This document shows, one piece after another, positions 1 through 9,123 of a stretch of DNA of 64,000 nucleotides (the first letter of the stretch is position 1; every line of letters starts with the position of its first letter). The notes beneath the pieces were generated by a model. It made no database searches. It saw only the letters and a program-made list of their open reading frames with translations, and was not told the DNA's origin. The DNA lies in assembly GCA_963667105.2 (NCBI GenBank), contig OY763089.1, forward strand, positions 1,306,362 to 1,370,361. Direction: 5' to 3'. The position numbers and the translations under genes were made by a program. Source of the stretch: Dehalococcoidia bacterium (GTDB lineage Bacteria; Chloroflexota; Dehalococcoidia; Lucifugimonadales; VXLM01).

Positions 1-157
1 CTTTTATCAAGTTCTTCTTGCCTTTGGCGCTCTTTGGATTCTCGACTGTGATGTCATACGTGGAAAGACCCTCCCATAATATCCTTCTTAGCAAGATAGG
101 AACGGCTTCGCTGTCGCCGGAACCTTCCACGACTGGTACGATGCTCCGACCCTTCAA
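1..157 (-). CDS. Partial (N-terminal part only) Toprim/DUF4276-like protein, partner of the upstream ATPase
   Basis: Absent from the ORF track because it runs off the window. The minus-strand frame opens with TTG at 157..155, 2 nt after the ATPase TAA (162..160). It reads MKGRSIVPVVEGSGDSEAVPILLRRILWEGLSTYDITVENPKSAKGKKNLIK. A hydrophobic strand followed by EGxxD is the Toprim-type N-terminal motif. Confidence 0.45.
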   Translation of the reverse strand, partial: MKGRSIVPVVEGSGDSEAVPILLRRILWEGLSTYDITVENPKSAKGKKNLIK

Positions 158-159
158 GG

Positions 160-1443
160 TTACACTTTTGCGAGCCGCAGGCCTTCCATGCTGTGAAGCT
201 CGCCCGTGGTGAAGAGTCCTTGCTTGACAGCTTCGGCTTGTGTCTCAGAAATCTTTCCCACCTTCGTCTCTCCGTCCACGAACTCCACCGCGCGGATGGA
301 CTCGATGGGAAGATGGTCGATGAGGTCAGGGCTGTGCGTCGTGATGACGACCTGCTGCCGCAACGATGCTTCGTCCAATATCTCAGCGAGAGCGGCCAAG
401 ACTCCGGGATGCACTGCCGACTCCGGTTCCTCGATTCCGAGTAGTGGCGGACGGCGCGGCTGGTAGATTGCGGTTAGGAGGGCCAGCATCCGGAGCGTGC
501 CGTCCGATTCTTGGGCGGCGTTGAACCATTGGTCCTGGCTGAGAACGCTATGCGAGTGCTTGAACTGCAACGCAAGATATTCACCCACAGGGACTGATTT
601 AACGTCTGTTATTCTTGGTATCAAGTGTCTCAGAGAGTTCCTAAGTTCTCTGAAACCTTCTGTCATGAGCTCTTCGGAATCTTCGGCGGTTCCATTGTTG
701 CGCCGCATCCCCCACAACACGGACGCAAGATTCGTCCCATATTCATCAAGAAGACTTGGCCCGGACTTCTTCTCAAGCCCTCGGAACGTATCCGGTGAAA
801 CATGGTAGAACCCTAGGCCGGATAACATCTGTTGCAGTTCAAGAAGGTTTCGATTCAGTCCTTCAATTGAAAATTGCGCCTCTGCATTGCGGGCGAAACT
901 CGCATAAGCGACGTTCGAATAATACTTCAAAAACAGCAAGTCTTCTGAGGGTAAGGGCTTTGGAGCCCTAGAAGCAGAATCATAAACGCCTCTAAGGTAG
1001 GTGGAGACAGTCTTGGGTTCTATTACTTGACGGTCTTGGATATCGAAGACAATCCGCCCTGAGTCGGTATCAAGTTTATAACTGCCATACTCACGTTTGA
1101 CTAGGCCGTTGCCATTTTGATCACTTGTCAGGACAAAATTGTAATCGAGCGTGAGGTCTCGGATAGTTGCTGTAAACCCGATCTCTACATCAGAATCCGA
1201 CCGATGCTGAATGACCCACATGCCATATCGCTGTGAAATGGCATAGTCCAGTCCACGCGATATCGCGTCCCGAATAAACCGCAACACGTCCAGCACGTTG
1301 CTCTTCCCCGACGCATTCGGCCCTACGAGCACGGTGAGCGGCCCCAACTCCATGTCGAGCTCGCGGATGGAGCGATAGTTCTTCGCGCGTATACGGGTGA
1401 TACGAAGAACGTCCTCGTCTATGGCGCTGTCGTTCGTGGTCAT
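160..1443 (-). CDS. ABC/AAA_15-AAA_21-type ATPase (OLD / PARIS AriA / abortive-infection-like)
   Basis: Walker A is VLVGPNASGKSNVLDVLRF after the RIRAKNYRSI N-terminus. The C-terminal ABC signature, Walker B and H-loop are DGTLRMLALL..PPLLGIEEPESAVHP..VVITTHSPDL. I take the start at ATG 1443 (MTTNDSAIDE) rather than the ORF-track start at 1590. GC is visibly lower than in neighbouring genes. Confidence 0.8.
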   Translation of the reverse strand: MTTNDSAIDEDVLRITRIRAKNYRSIRELDMELGPLTVLVGPNASGKSNVLDVLRFIRDAISRGLDYAISQRYGMWVIQHRSDSDVEIGFTATIRDLTLDYNFVLTSDQNGNGLVKREYGSYKLDTDSGRIVFDIQDRQVIEPKTVSTYLRGVYDSASRAPKPLPSEDLLFLKYYSNVAYASFARNAEAQFSIEGLNRNLLELQQMLSGLGFYHVSPDTFRGLEKKSGPSLLDEYGTNLASVLWGMRRNNGTAEDSEELMTEGFRELRNSLRHLIPRITDVKSVPVGEYLALQFKHSHSVLSQDQWFNAAQESDGTLRMLALLTAIYQPRRPPLLGIEEPESAVHPGVLAALAEILDEASLRQQVVITTHSPDLIDHLPIESIRAVEFVDGETKVGKISETQAEAVKQGLFTTGELHSMEGLRLAKV

Positions 1444-1545
1444 AGCTGCACCTTCGTTGGATAAGTCTATCACGTCCATACAACCGCCGACGCCCACCGA
1501 TATGATAAGGTATCCCGCGAACGAAACGACGGCGGGGCCTCGTGC

Positions 1546-2936
1546 ATGAACGTCATCTGGATAGTTGCCGACACCTTTCGACAGGACCACCTCGGCGCCT
1601 ATGGCAAGAAGCCCATCCTGACCCCTCGCTCGACGCTCTCGCGGCCAAGTCCACCCTCTTCACTAGGCATTACGCCGCCGGTTTTCCGACCATGCCCACT
1701 CGGGCCGACCACGCGCTCGGTCGCTGGACCATGTCCTTCATGGGCTGGGAACCGCTGCCCGGCGACGCAACGACGCTCGCCGAGTTGCTCGCCTCCAACG
1801 GCTACCACACCGCCGCGATGGTCGATACTCCCTTCTACCTGCGCGGAGGCATGAACTACGACAAGGGCTTTCAGACCTTCTCAATGTACACAGGTCAGGA
1901 AGGCTCGGTCACGCGGCTCCTGACGCACCATCACCACGAGTCCCGTGACGCCAGAGAGGCATGGCGCTTCGAGGCCGACCGCAATGTCGCCCAGACCGTC
2001 ACCCGCGCCATGCAGTGGCTCCAGCTTCACTACACCGAGGACTTCTTCCTCTACATCGACACGTGGGACCCACATGAGCCGTGGGACGCTCCGACCTACT
2101 ACTCCCGCCTCTACATGCCCGACCACGACGGCGAGGTCGTTCAGCCCCCTTACGGGTTCTGGCAGGAAGCTCCCGGCTACACCGAGGAGAAGGTCGCCAA
2201 AGCGCGCGCCGCCTATGCGGGCGAGGTCACCATGGTCGATACGTGGATCGGCTACCTGCTCCGCATGGTCGAGAACATGGGCCTCACCGAGAACACGGCC
2301 ATCATCTTCACCTCCGACCACGGCTTCTACTTCGGCGAGCACGGCGGCCTCTTCGGCAAGATGACCTTCGCCAAGCGGCCCGACGGCGCCATGTACCGGC
2401 ACGGCGACCCCGGTTCGGCGTGGACCTTCTCGCCCCTCTATGAGGAGACCACCTCGATACCACTCATCGTCCACGTTCCCGGAGCGGAGCCGAACGTCTA
2501 CAGCGGTCTGAGTTCCGCCATCGACGTGATGCCGACGGTGCTCGAAGTCCTCGGACAGGACATCCCCGGTTGGGTGGAGGGCAAGTCGCTTCTGCCGAAA
2601 GTCCGCGACACCTCCACACCCGGGCGCGAGTTCACGGTGACCACCGTTCCCTTCGCCGACCCCGGCGATCCCGTGCGATCCGTCGATAACTTCCGGCGCA
2701 AGCTGGAGAGCAGCCTCGTGACGACGGTATCCACCGACGAGTGGGTGCTCCTCTACACCACCGATGAAGGGATATCTCAACTTTACTACCTGCCCACCGA
2801 TCCGGGGCAGGAGAACAACGTCATCGCCGACAATCCCGACATGGCGCGAGGCGTCCATCAGCACCTCGTCAAGTTCATGCGGGATACCAACCTGCCCGAA
2901 CGCCGTATTCAACCAAGACTCGAACTCAGGATGTAA
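1546..2936 (+). CDS. Sulfatase-family (alkaline phosphatase superfamily) hydrolase; reading frame interrupted near the N-terminus
   Basis: The first 27 codons from ATG 1546 (MNVIWIVADTFRQDHLGAYGKKPILTP) are a typical sulfatase N-terminus. The homology then continues in the 1542 frame (SLDALAAKSTLFTRHYAAGFPTMPTRADHALGR ...). The junction is at the C4 run 1622..1625, where one base is missing relative to a continuous frame. Confidence 0.8.
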
Positions 2937-2955
2937 GCCAGGAGGAATCTAACGA

Positions 2956-3930
2956 ATGAAGAAACGCCAGGAAAAGCTCGTAGGGCCGGTCGTCTCCCTG
3001 CCCACGTTCGTCGATGATGACCACAATCTCCTCCTTGACCGGCAGGCGAAGCACATACGCTGGCTCATGGACCACGGCATTGGTGTGGATGGCAACGGCG
3101 TCCTCCTCGCCGCCGGGGGTTACGGCGAGGGCTACTTCCTCGACGACGGCGAGTTGTTCGCCCTCATCGACGTGCTCGTGGACACCGCGGGCGATAAGGC
3201 CCCCACGATGGTCGGCGTCTTCGACCTCAACGCCAGAACGGCCGCGCGTCGCTCCCGCTACGCCGGGGACGCGGGGATAGACTTCATCGAGCTTGGTCTC
3301 CCGCACTACTCGTGCCCGTCCGAAGAGGACGTGTACCTCTACACCAAATACGTCAACGACAACGCCGACGTTGGTCTGATGAACTACAACAACTTCTGGG
3401 TCACTCCCGCCCCCAAGTACGAGATCACCCGGTCGCTGATGGAGCGGTTCATCGACCTCGAAAACGTCGTCGGATTCAAGTGGAGCTCCGCGAGTCCCGC
3501 CCACTACGTCGGCCTGCTCAAGCTCTTTGCCGACGATTTCAACTTCATCGACAACGGCATGATGAACTCTCAGGGCGCTCGATTCGGAATGGCGGGGTTC
3601 GTCGACTTCTTCGGCAACGTCGCGCCGAGCCTGTCCCTCACCAAATGGGAGATGTTCCGCGACGGTCGCTACGACGAGCTCGACGAGCTTCTCGACACCC
3701 TCCATTTCGACACCGACAACCGCCTGAGCAACGAGGCTCCGGCCTTTACGTCCGTTGCCGATGGTGTCTTCGGCCACGTTCGCTGGGAGGTTATGGGACT
3801 GCACGCAGGCCCCAACTTTCCCGCCCAGGCACCCGCCCCACAGGCCCTCTACGACCACACCCGTAAGGTGTTCACCGAAAGCGGCCTCATGAACCACGTC
3901 GAGTGGGATCAGTCGATATTCGACGATTAG
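2956..3930 (+). CDS. DapA/DHDPS-family aldolase (paralog 1)
   Basis: 324-aa ORF preceded by GGAGG. Family-typical segments are LLAAGGYGEGYFL, APTMVGV and GIDFIELGLPHY. Confidence 0.8.
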   Translation: MKKRQEKLVGPVVSLPTFVDDDHNLLLDRQAKHIRWLMDHGIGVDGNGVLLAAGGYGEGYFLDDGELFALIDVLVDTAGDKAPTMVGVFDLNARTAARRSRYAGDAGIDFIELGLPHYSCPSEEDVYLYTKYVNDNADVGLMNYNNFWVTPAPKYEITRSLMERFIDLENVVGFKWSSASPAHYVGLLKLFADDFNFIDNGMMNSQGARFGMAGFVDFFGNVAPSLSLTKWEMFRDGRYDELDELLDTLHFDTDNRLSNEAPAFTSVADGVFGHVRWEVMGLHAGPNFPAQAPAPQALYDHTRKVFTESGLMNHVEWDQSIFDD

Positions 3931-3946
3931 CGAAGGCCGACACTCC

Positions 3947-3974
3947 CCGTCATTCCCGCGAAGGCGGGAATCCA
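3947..3974. repeat. REP-like hairpin, family B (ccgtcATTCCCGC-gaag-GCGGGAATcca)
   Basis: Perfect 8-bp stem at 3952..3959 / 3964..3971 in the 59-nt gap between two DHDPS genes. A second copy in inverted orientation at 24951..24978 carries a compensatory stem change. Confidence 0.7.
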
Positions 3975-3989
3975 CAGTCAGGAGAAAAC

Positions 3990-4961
3990 ATGCCGAACGA
4001 CTATAGCCGCGAACGACTCCAGGGCAGCGTCCTCTCGATGTTGACATTCACCAACGACGACTACAGCCTGGATCTCGACAGCCAGCGAAAGCACGTCCGC
4101 TGGCTCATCAACCAGGGGATGGTCGAAGGCAAGTGCGTCCACCTCATCGCCGGCGGTGCGGGTGAGACGTACATGCTCGAAGAGGACGAGTTCCGCGCGC
4201 TGGCCGACCTCATCATCGACGAGGGCAAGGGCGTCGCGCCGACCATGGTCATGGTCTCCGAGCTCAGCGCCCGCGCCGCGGCGCGAAAATGCGCCTACGC
4301 CGCCGAGGCCGGCATCGACTTCGTTCTCCTCTCTCCGCCACACTACTCTCAGCCGACCGAGGAAGACATCTACCTCCACCACAAGTACGTCAATGACCGC
4401 GTCGACATCGGCATCATGACCTACAACAGCTTCTGGGTCATGCCCGGCGGGTACTCTTACAGCCCTGCCCTTTTTGAAAAACTCGCAGACCTCGAAAACG
4501 TCGTCGGCGTCAAGTGGACGGGCGCCTCGACCGAGGACTACCTAGGATTCCAGCAGATGTTCGGCGACAGGTTCGCCCTCAGCGAGAACAGGCAGTTCTT
4601 CGGCATGGGCGCGCGCTTCGGGATGAAGAGCAGGATCGACGTCATGGCCAACGCCGCGCCGCGCCTCTCGCTCCACCAGACGCAACTCACGCAGGAAGGC
4701 CGCTACGATGAGTTGGAGGCTCTCTACCGGCAGCTTCAGTTCGATCCCGTCTACCGTCGAGGCCGGCAACGCGTCACTGCCCCCATGGTCGCCGACGGTC
4801 CCCACGCCAGGATGCTCCTCCGCCTGTTGGGCCTTGAGACCGGCCCGTCCTTCCCCGGACAGGCCGAGCCTCCGCAGGAATACGTCGACTTCTGGCATGA
4901 GTCAATCGAGATCAGCGGCGTCCTCGATTGGGTCGACTGGGATCAGTCCCTAATCGATTAG
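3990..4961 (+). CDS. DapA/DHDPS-family aldolase (paralog 2)
   Basis: Start chosen at ATG 3990 (MPNDYSRERLQ), preceded by AGGAG. The upstream part of ORF 3903..4961 is the repeat hairpin. Motifs are LIAGGAGETYML, APTMVMV and GIDFVLLSPPHY. Confidence 0.8.
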   Translation: MPNDYSRERLQGSVLSMLTFTNDDYSLDLDSQRKHVRWLINQGMVEGKCVHLIAGGAGETYMLEEDEFRALADLIIDEGKGVAPTMVMVSELSARAAARKCAYAAEAGIDFVLLSPPHYSQPTEEDIYLHHKYVNDRVDIGIMTYNSFWVMPGGYSYSPALFEKLADLENVVGVKWTGASTEDYLGFQQMFGDRFALSENRQFFGMGARFGMKSRIDVMANAAPRLSLHQTQLTQEGRYDELEALYRQLQFDPVYRRGRQRVTAPMVADGPHARMLLRLLGLETGPSFPGQAEPPQEYVDFWHESIEISGVLDWVDWDQSLID

Positions 4962-4990
4962 TGTACAATAGCCGAAAAAGCGAGGCAGCC

Positions 4991-5191
4991 ATGACCAGCT
5001 TGGCCGAAATCAAAGAAGCCATCCAAAACCTGCCCCCCACCGAATTCGCTGAAATAGCCCGCTGGTTCCAGGACGTACAAGAAGACCAATGGGATCGGCA
5101 AATTGAAGCCGACGCAATCGCCGGTCGCCTCGACTTCTTCAAGGAACAAGTAGCCCAGGCCCGGGCGGCCGGCACGGTGGGCGAACTGTAG
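4991..5191 (+). CDS. Putative type II antitoxin (small acidic helical protein)
   Basis: 66 aa from ATG 4991 (MTSLAEIKEAIQNLPPTEFAEIARWF...). Its TAG stop (5189..5191) overlaps the GTG start of the toxin by 1 nt. Confidence 0.55.
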   Translation: MTSLAEIKEAIQNLPPTEFAEIARWFQDVQEDQWDRQIEADAIAGRLDFFKEQVAQARAAGTVGEL

Positions 5192-5445
5192 TGCATCGCA
5201 CTATACCCCAGTTTTGGGAGCACTTCGCCGCCCTGCCCGAACCGGTCCAGCAAACCGCCCGTCGCAACTTCCAACGCCTCAAGGAAAACCCGGCCTACCC
5301 TTCCCTCCGCCTCAAGAAAGTCGGCGACTACTGGGTTGCGCGAATCGGCCCCAACCACCGCGCCCTTGCCGTAGCCGAAGGCGACGACCTCTACTGGGTC
5401 TGGATCGGCCCCCACAATGCCTACGACCGAATAATCAACTCCTGA
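5191..5445 (+). CDS. RelE/ParE-superfamily toxin
   Basis: 84 aa. The pattern RLKENPAYPSLRLKKVGDYWVARIGPNHRALAV..DLYWVWIGPHNAYDRI is typical of ParE/RelE-like toxins. It has an overlapping upstream partner. Confidence 0.65.
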   Translation: MHRTIPQFWEHFAALPEPVQQTARRNFQRLKENPAYPSLRLKKVGDYWVARIGPNHRALAVAEGDDLYWVWIGPHNAYDRIINS

Positions 5446-5504
5446 TTCCCGACCCCTCTTCCAACTCTGCGCTCCCCGCGCCCTCTGCGGTGAATCCCAC
5501 TCTC

Positions 5505-6683
5505 TCACCACTCGCTGCCCTCTTCGTCGTATACGTGGTCGGGCAGCCTGTAGCTTATGCCCGCCTCGTCGAAGGCGGAGGCTTGGAGCAGAGACGTGAA
5601 GTTTTTGTAGTTGTCGTTGGTGGAATTCGGGAGGTACCACCCAATCACCTTTTCGATACGGGGCTGCATTCGAAACCACGCCAGGACTCCAAAGGTTGTG
5701 CTTCGCGGGTACCTCAGCTGGTCGGCCAAGCTCGTTCCGATGAGCGCGCGAGAAATGGTGAACACGTACTTCGCCAGCTTGCGCCGTTCGGGCGAATCGG
5801 TGATTCCGATGACCAACGGGGCCGAGTTGATCAGCGCGTGCGCCATGACCACCGCCTCGGCTTCCGGGTCCGGCTCGCACACGGTGCCAATGTCGAACAG
5901 TCTCAGCGCTTCCTCTTCATCCTGATACAAAATGGTCTCCGGAATGCCCATGAGGTATCCAGAGTAGCGCCAGACCGCCAGGAAGCTTTCACGCTCCTCC
6001 TCGCTGAACTCAGCGCCCAAATTCTCCATGTGCATTAGCAGTCTCGCCGAAAAAGCGGCAATCGAATAGCCTACGTGCGCGGCGCTAATGGGCACGCCCC
6101 ACTCCTCGTGCTCCCAGTCATCGGAGTTCTTGAGCAGGTGCCTGACCTGTGCGTGTATCATCCTGATGCGGACGGACAGCTTCCAGCCGTCTCCGTCCCT
6201 CTCCATGCCGTTGGGCATGAAGATCTCGATCATGTGCCGGTTGTTCTGCCGGAGCCGTCTGACGCCCCTCTCGCGCACGCGCCCGGTTATGAAGAACGAC
6301 TTGCTGATGTTCGTTGAGAACCCCTCTACGAGTGTGCCTCCCACGAATGCGCCGAGGACGAGTTTCGAATTCCGGTGGAACATGCGAATGCCCGGTTGGA
6401 AGGCCGCGAAGTCTACCCAGTCGGGCGGGGCAGATATTCGTTCGAAGAAATCCCGCAACAAGGGCGGCGCGTCGCGCATCGCGCTCTCGTCTTCATGGTT
6501 CATGAATGCTTCGATGAAGCGCCTTCCCTCTCCCGGTTCAAGAGTGGATAGCTCATCGACCACGGCGTCCATCTCGGGGTCTCCGACGGTTGTGTGGGCG
6601 ACGTAGTTGTCCGCCAACTCCGCGTCAATCGCCCGCGCCTTTTCATAACCGGACGTATAGGCTAAAGGTACATTAATGTGCAT
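5505..6683 (-). CDS. MpaB-family oxygenase (DUF2236)
   Basis: VRIRMIHAQVRHLL and the overall 390-aa pattern fit the family. The start is either ATG 6683 (MHINVPLAY) or ATG 6716, which overlaps the mmpL stop. The two are separated by an 11-nt homopolymer. Confidence 0.7.
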   Translation of the reverse strand: MHINVPLAYTSGYEKARAIDAELADNYVAHTTVGDPEMDAVVDELSTLEPGEGRRFIEAFMNHEDESAMRDAPPLLRDFFERISAPPDWVDFAAFQPGIRMFHRNSKLVLGAFVGGTLVEGFSTNISKSFFITGRVRERGVRRLRQNNRHMIEIFMPNGMERDGDGWKLSVRIRMIHAQVRHLLKNSDDWEHEEWGVPISAAHVGYSIAAFSARLLMHMENLGAEFSEEERESFLAVWRYSGYLMGIPETILYQDEEEALRLFDIGTVCEPDPEAEAVVMAHALINSAPLVIGITDSPERRKLAKYVFTISRALIGTSLADQLRYPRSTTFGVLAWFRMQPRIEKVIGWYLPNSTNDNYKNFTSLLQASAFDEAGISYRLPDHVYDEEGSEW

Positions 6684-6701
6684 GGCATGTTCGCCTATAG
6701 C

Positions 6702-6712
6702 GGGGGGGGGGG
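6702..6712. repeat. G11 (C11 on the coding strand) homopolymer at the mmpL / mpaB junction
   Basis: Direct reading shows cggggggggggga. It is the longest homopolymer I noticed in the window. Confidence 0.9.
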
Positions 6713-6715
6713 ACA

Positions 6716-8989
6716 TTATGCTCGATCCTCTTCAGGCGCTTCCACTCGCAAATCGGGAAGCCACCGGAGGAACGGAGGAAGGTACCAGTTGCCTTTGCCC
6801 AGCACCTCCATGCTGGCCGGAACGAGCACCGACCGCACCAGAGTCGCGTCCAAGAGCACGGCGATGGCGAGGCCGAAGCCCATGAGCTGGTTCACCACGG
6901 TCTCCCCCGAGGCGAACGCCCCGAACACCACCACCATGATGAGCGCGGCTCCCGTTATCAGCCCTGCCGTTGATCGCAGACCGTATGCCACGGCCTCCGT
7001 GTTGTCCTGGGTCTCGTCGTAGCGTTCTCGTATCCGGCTGAGCAGGAAGACGTGGTAGTCCATAGATAGCCCGAACAGAATCGTAAAGAGGAACAGCGGC
7101 AGCCACGCGTCGATCACGTCCGCGTGCTGGAACCCGAACAGGTCGGCTCCAATCCCCTTCTGGAACACCAGCACCAGCAGCCCGTAGGTCGCTCCCACGG
7201 ACAACAGGTTCATGATGATCGCCTTGATGGGGATGACGATCGACCGGAAGACCATCATCAGGATGAGGAAGCTGAGCCCCAGCACAAAGGCAAACACGAT
7301 GGGCGTATAGACCCGCACAATGCCGTAGAAATCGGCGACCTCCGCCGTCAGGCCGCCCACGTACACCTCCGCCGGAACCCCATCGAAGGCCGGTTTGATG
7401 TGCTCCTCTCTCAGCATCTTCATGTCGTCCGCGGCCTCGGGGCTGGTCGATTTGCCGGGGAACGGCAGCGTCAGGAGGGCAACGTCACGGGCCTCGTTGA
7501 CGATCGGCGGCTGAGGTGGGAGAGGGAAGGTCGTGTCCTCCGCCAAGGACTGCTGCACTCGCCCGATCGCTTCCATCACCTGCGGGTCGTCGATGTTGCC
7601 GGAGACCACGATCTCCGCCGGACTCAGGAACCCCGCCGGGCTGACCGTCCCGAAGGAAAACTTCTCCTCCATCAGAAGAAAGGCCTTCTTCGTCTCGGCC
7701 TTGTCGGGGAAGGTGTTGACGTCGTTCAGGCCCGTGCGGATTTCCAGGTAGAAGTACGAAAGCGCGATCATCGGCACACCGACGATGAGGAGACTGATGA
7801 CCGGCTGCCTGGTGACGACGTGCGTAATCTTGTCCCAGAACCCGCCCTGCGACGTGTCCGCGCCCTTCAGCGAGAACTTCGTAAGGAACGGGATGGTCAG
7901 CATGTCCACCTTGGGGCCTAGCAGCGCCAGTACCGCGGGAAGCAGGGTGAGCGTAGCCGCCAGCGACGCGATTACCACGAGAATCGCGCCCAGTGCGAGC
8001 GACTGGTAGAAGGACGCGGGAACGATCAGTAGTCCCACAAGGGCGAGGACTACCGTAGCGCCGCTGAACAGCACCGTGCGGCCCGCCGTGCCCCCGGTCT
8101 TCACGACCGCGTCCTTCGTCGACAGACCGTGCCTCATCTCCTCCTTGAAGCGGGACACGATCAGCAGCGAGTAGTCGATGCCCACGGCAAGGCCCAGCAT
8201 CACGACCATCATGGTTACGAAGAAGACCAACTGGAACTGCTGCCCGATGACGGCCACGGCCGCCAGCGCGATGATGATCGATACAGCCGCCAGTCCCAGC
8301 GGAAGCAGCGTGGCGACCACGGCTCCAAAGAGCACCAGCAGCACCAGCAGCGCCACAGGGACGCCGAACCGCTCACCTTGCTGCAGGTCCTCTTCCGCCA
8401 GCTCGTTGTTCTCGAAAGCGGTGCTCGCGTCCCCTCCTATGAGCACGACGAAGTCGTCCGCTTCGTTCGCCTCCTCCACCACGTGGAGCACGTCCTCGAC
8501 GTTGGCAGTGGCCTCCTGGGACGTGCCGGTCAAGGTGTAGTGCATCAGCACGGTTCCCCGGTCGGCGGAGACGAGGAGCGGGAGCAGTTGGGCCAGCTGT
8601 TCCTCGGAGATAAGCGGCCCTGCGTCGACGACCTGGTAATAGTGGAACAGCGGCTGGCCGTCTATTCCCCCGGATATTGTCCCGGGTCCCAGCGCTGCGA
8701 TCTCTTCGTGTAGCGCCTCGACCTTCGCGCGGAAAGCAGGGTCGTCAACCGTCAGTGTTTCCGAGTGCACGACGACGATTTCGGCGAGCTTCTCAGGCCC
8801 TCGCAGCTTGTCCTCTAAAATGGCGGCGGCGCGCTCCGACTCGTAGCTGCCCCCCAGCCGGAAATCGGTGGTCGTCGCGCTCCCGAGAAACGCCCCGCTC
8901 AGCCCGAGCCCAATCGCCACGAGCAATACCCATACGCCGACGGTCACCCACGGCCTTCGCGCGCTGATACGGGCTAGTACTTCGGTCAT
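6716..8989 (-). CDS. MMPL-family (RND superfamily) membrane transporter
   Basis: About 757 aa with two blocks of TM helices and two large loops, plus MMPL-typical segments (GIDYSLLIVSRFKEE, GLSMDYHVFLLSRIRE). ATG 8989 is preceded by GGAGG. Confidence 0.85.
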   Translation of the reverse strand: MTEVLARISARRPWVTVGVWVLLVAIGLGLSGAFLGSATTTDFRLGGSYESERAAAILEDKLRGPEKLAEIVVVHSETLTVDDPAFRAKVEALHEEIAALGPGTISGGIDGQPLFHYYQVVDAGPLISEEQLAQLLPLLVSADRGTVLMHYTLTGTSQEATANVEDVLHVVEEANEADDFVVLIGGDASTAFENNELAEEDLQQGERFGVPVALLVLLVLFGAVVATLLPLGLAAVSIIIALAAVAVIGQQFQLVFFVTMMVVMLGLAVGIDYSLLIVSRFKEEMRHGLSTKDAVVKTGGTAGRTVLFSGATVVLALVGLLIVPASFYQSLALGAILVVIASLAATLTLLPAVLALLGPKVDMLTIPFLTKFSLKGADTSQGGFWDKITHVVTRQPVISLLIVGVPMIALSYFYLEIRTGLNDVNTFPDKAETKKAFLLMEEKFSFGTVSPAGFLSPAEIVVSGNIDDPQVMEAIGRVQQSLAEDTTFPLPPQPPIVNEARDVALLTLPFPGKSTSPEAADDMKMLREEHIKPAFDGVPAEVYVGGLTAEVADFYGIVRVYTPIVFAFVLGLSFLILMMVFRSIVIPIKAIIMNLLSVGATYGLLVLVFQKGIGADLFGFQHADVIDAWLPLFLFTILFGLSMDYHVFLLSRIRERYDETQDNTEAVAYGLRSTAGLITGAALIMVVVFGAFASGETVVNQLMGFGLAIAVLLDATLVRSVLVPASMEVLGKGNWYLPPFLRWLPDLRVEAPEEDRA

Positions 8990-9041
8990 CAGGCCGACCT
9001 CCACCCTACAGGGATGCTAGTGAAACCTCACGAATGACCTT

Positions 9042-9072
9042 ATATTAGTACGTGCAGTTGATACAAGCACGT
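9042..9072 (-). promoter_or_regulatory. Possible mmpL promoter -10 (TAATAT) with inverted repeat ACGTGC-N11-GCACGT
   Basis: The inverted repeat is at 9050..9072 and the -10-like hexamer at 9047..9042 (minus strand), in the AT-rich gap upstream of mmpL. I found no convincing -35. Confidence 0.25.
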
Positions 9073-9123
9073 ATAGGCACACTTGAATGCCTATCCATGT
9101 CTGGAACGCGACGGATCGCGGCC

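Noticed and set aside
1881-2912. A 343-aa ORF antisense to the sulfatase-family gene. Similar long antisense or out-of-frame ORFs occur elsewhere, for example 25211..26605, 26609..27706, 27920..28705, 28843..29556, 32001..33023, 35552..36829, 46910..48184, 50491..51297, 55151..56371, 56293..57498 and 57390..58310.
   Set aside because: These are typical high-GC shadow ORFs. Their compositions are rich in Arg, Gly, Pro, Val, Asp and His, and they have no recognisable motifs. Each fully overlaps a gene on the other strand or frame that has clear family signatures.
5214-6038. A 274-aa plus-strand ORF spanning the toxin gene and the antisense strand of mpaB.
   Set aside because: It is Pro/Arg-rich low-complexity sequence and overlaps two better-supported genes.
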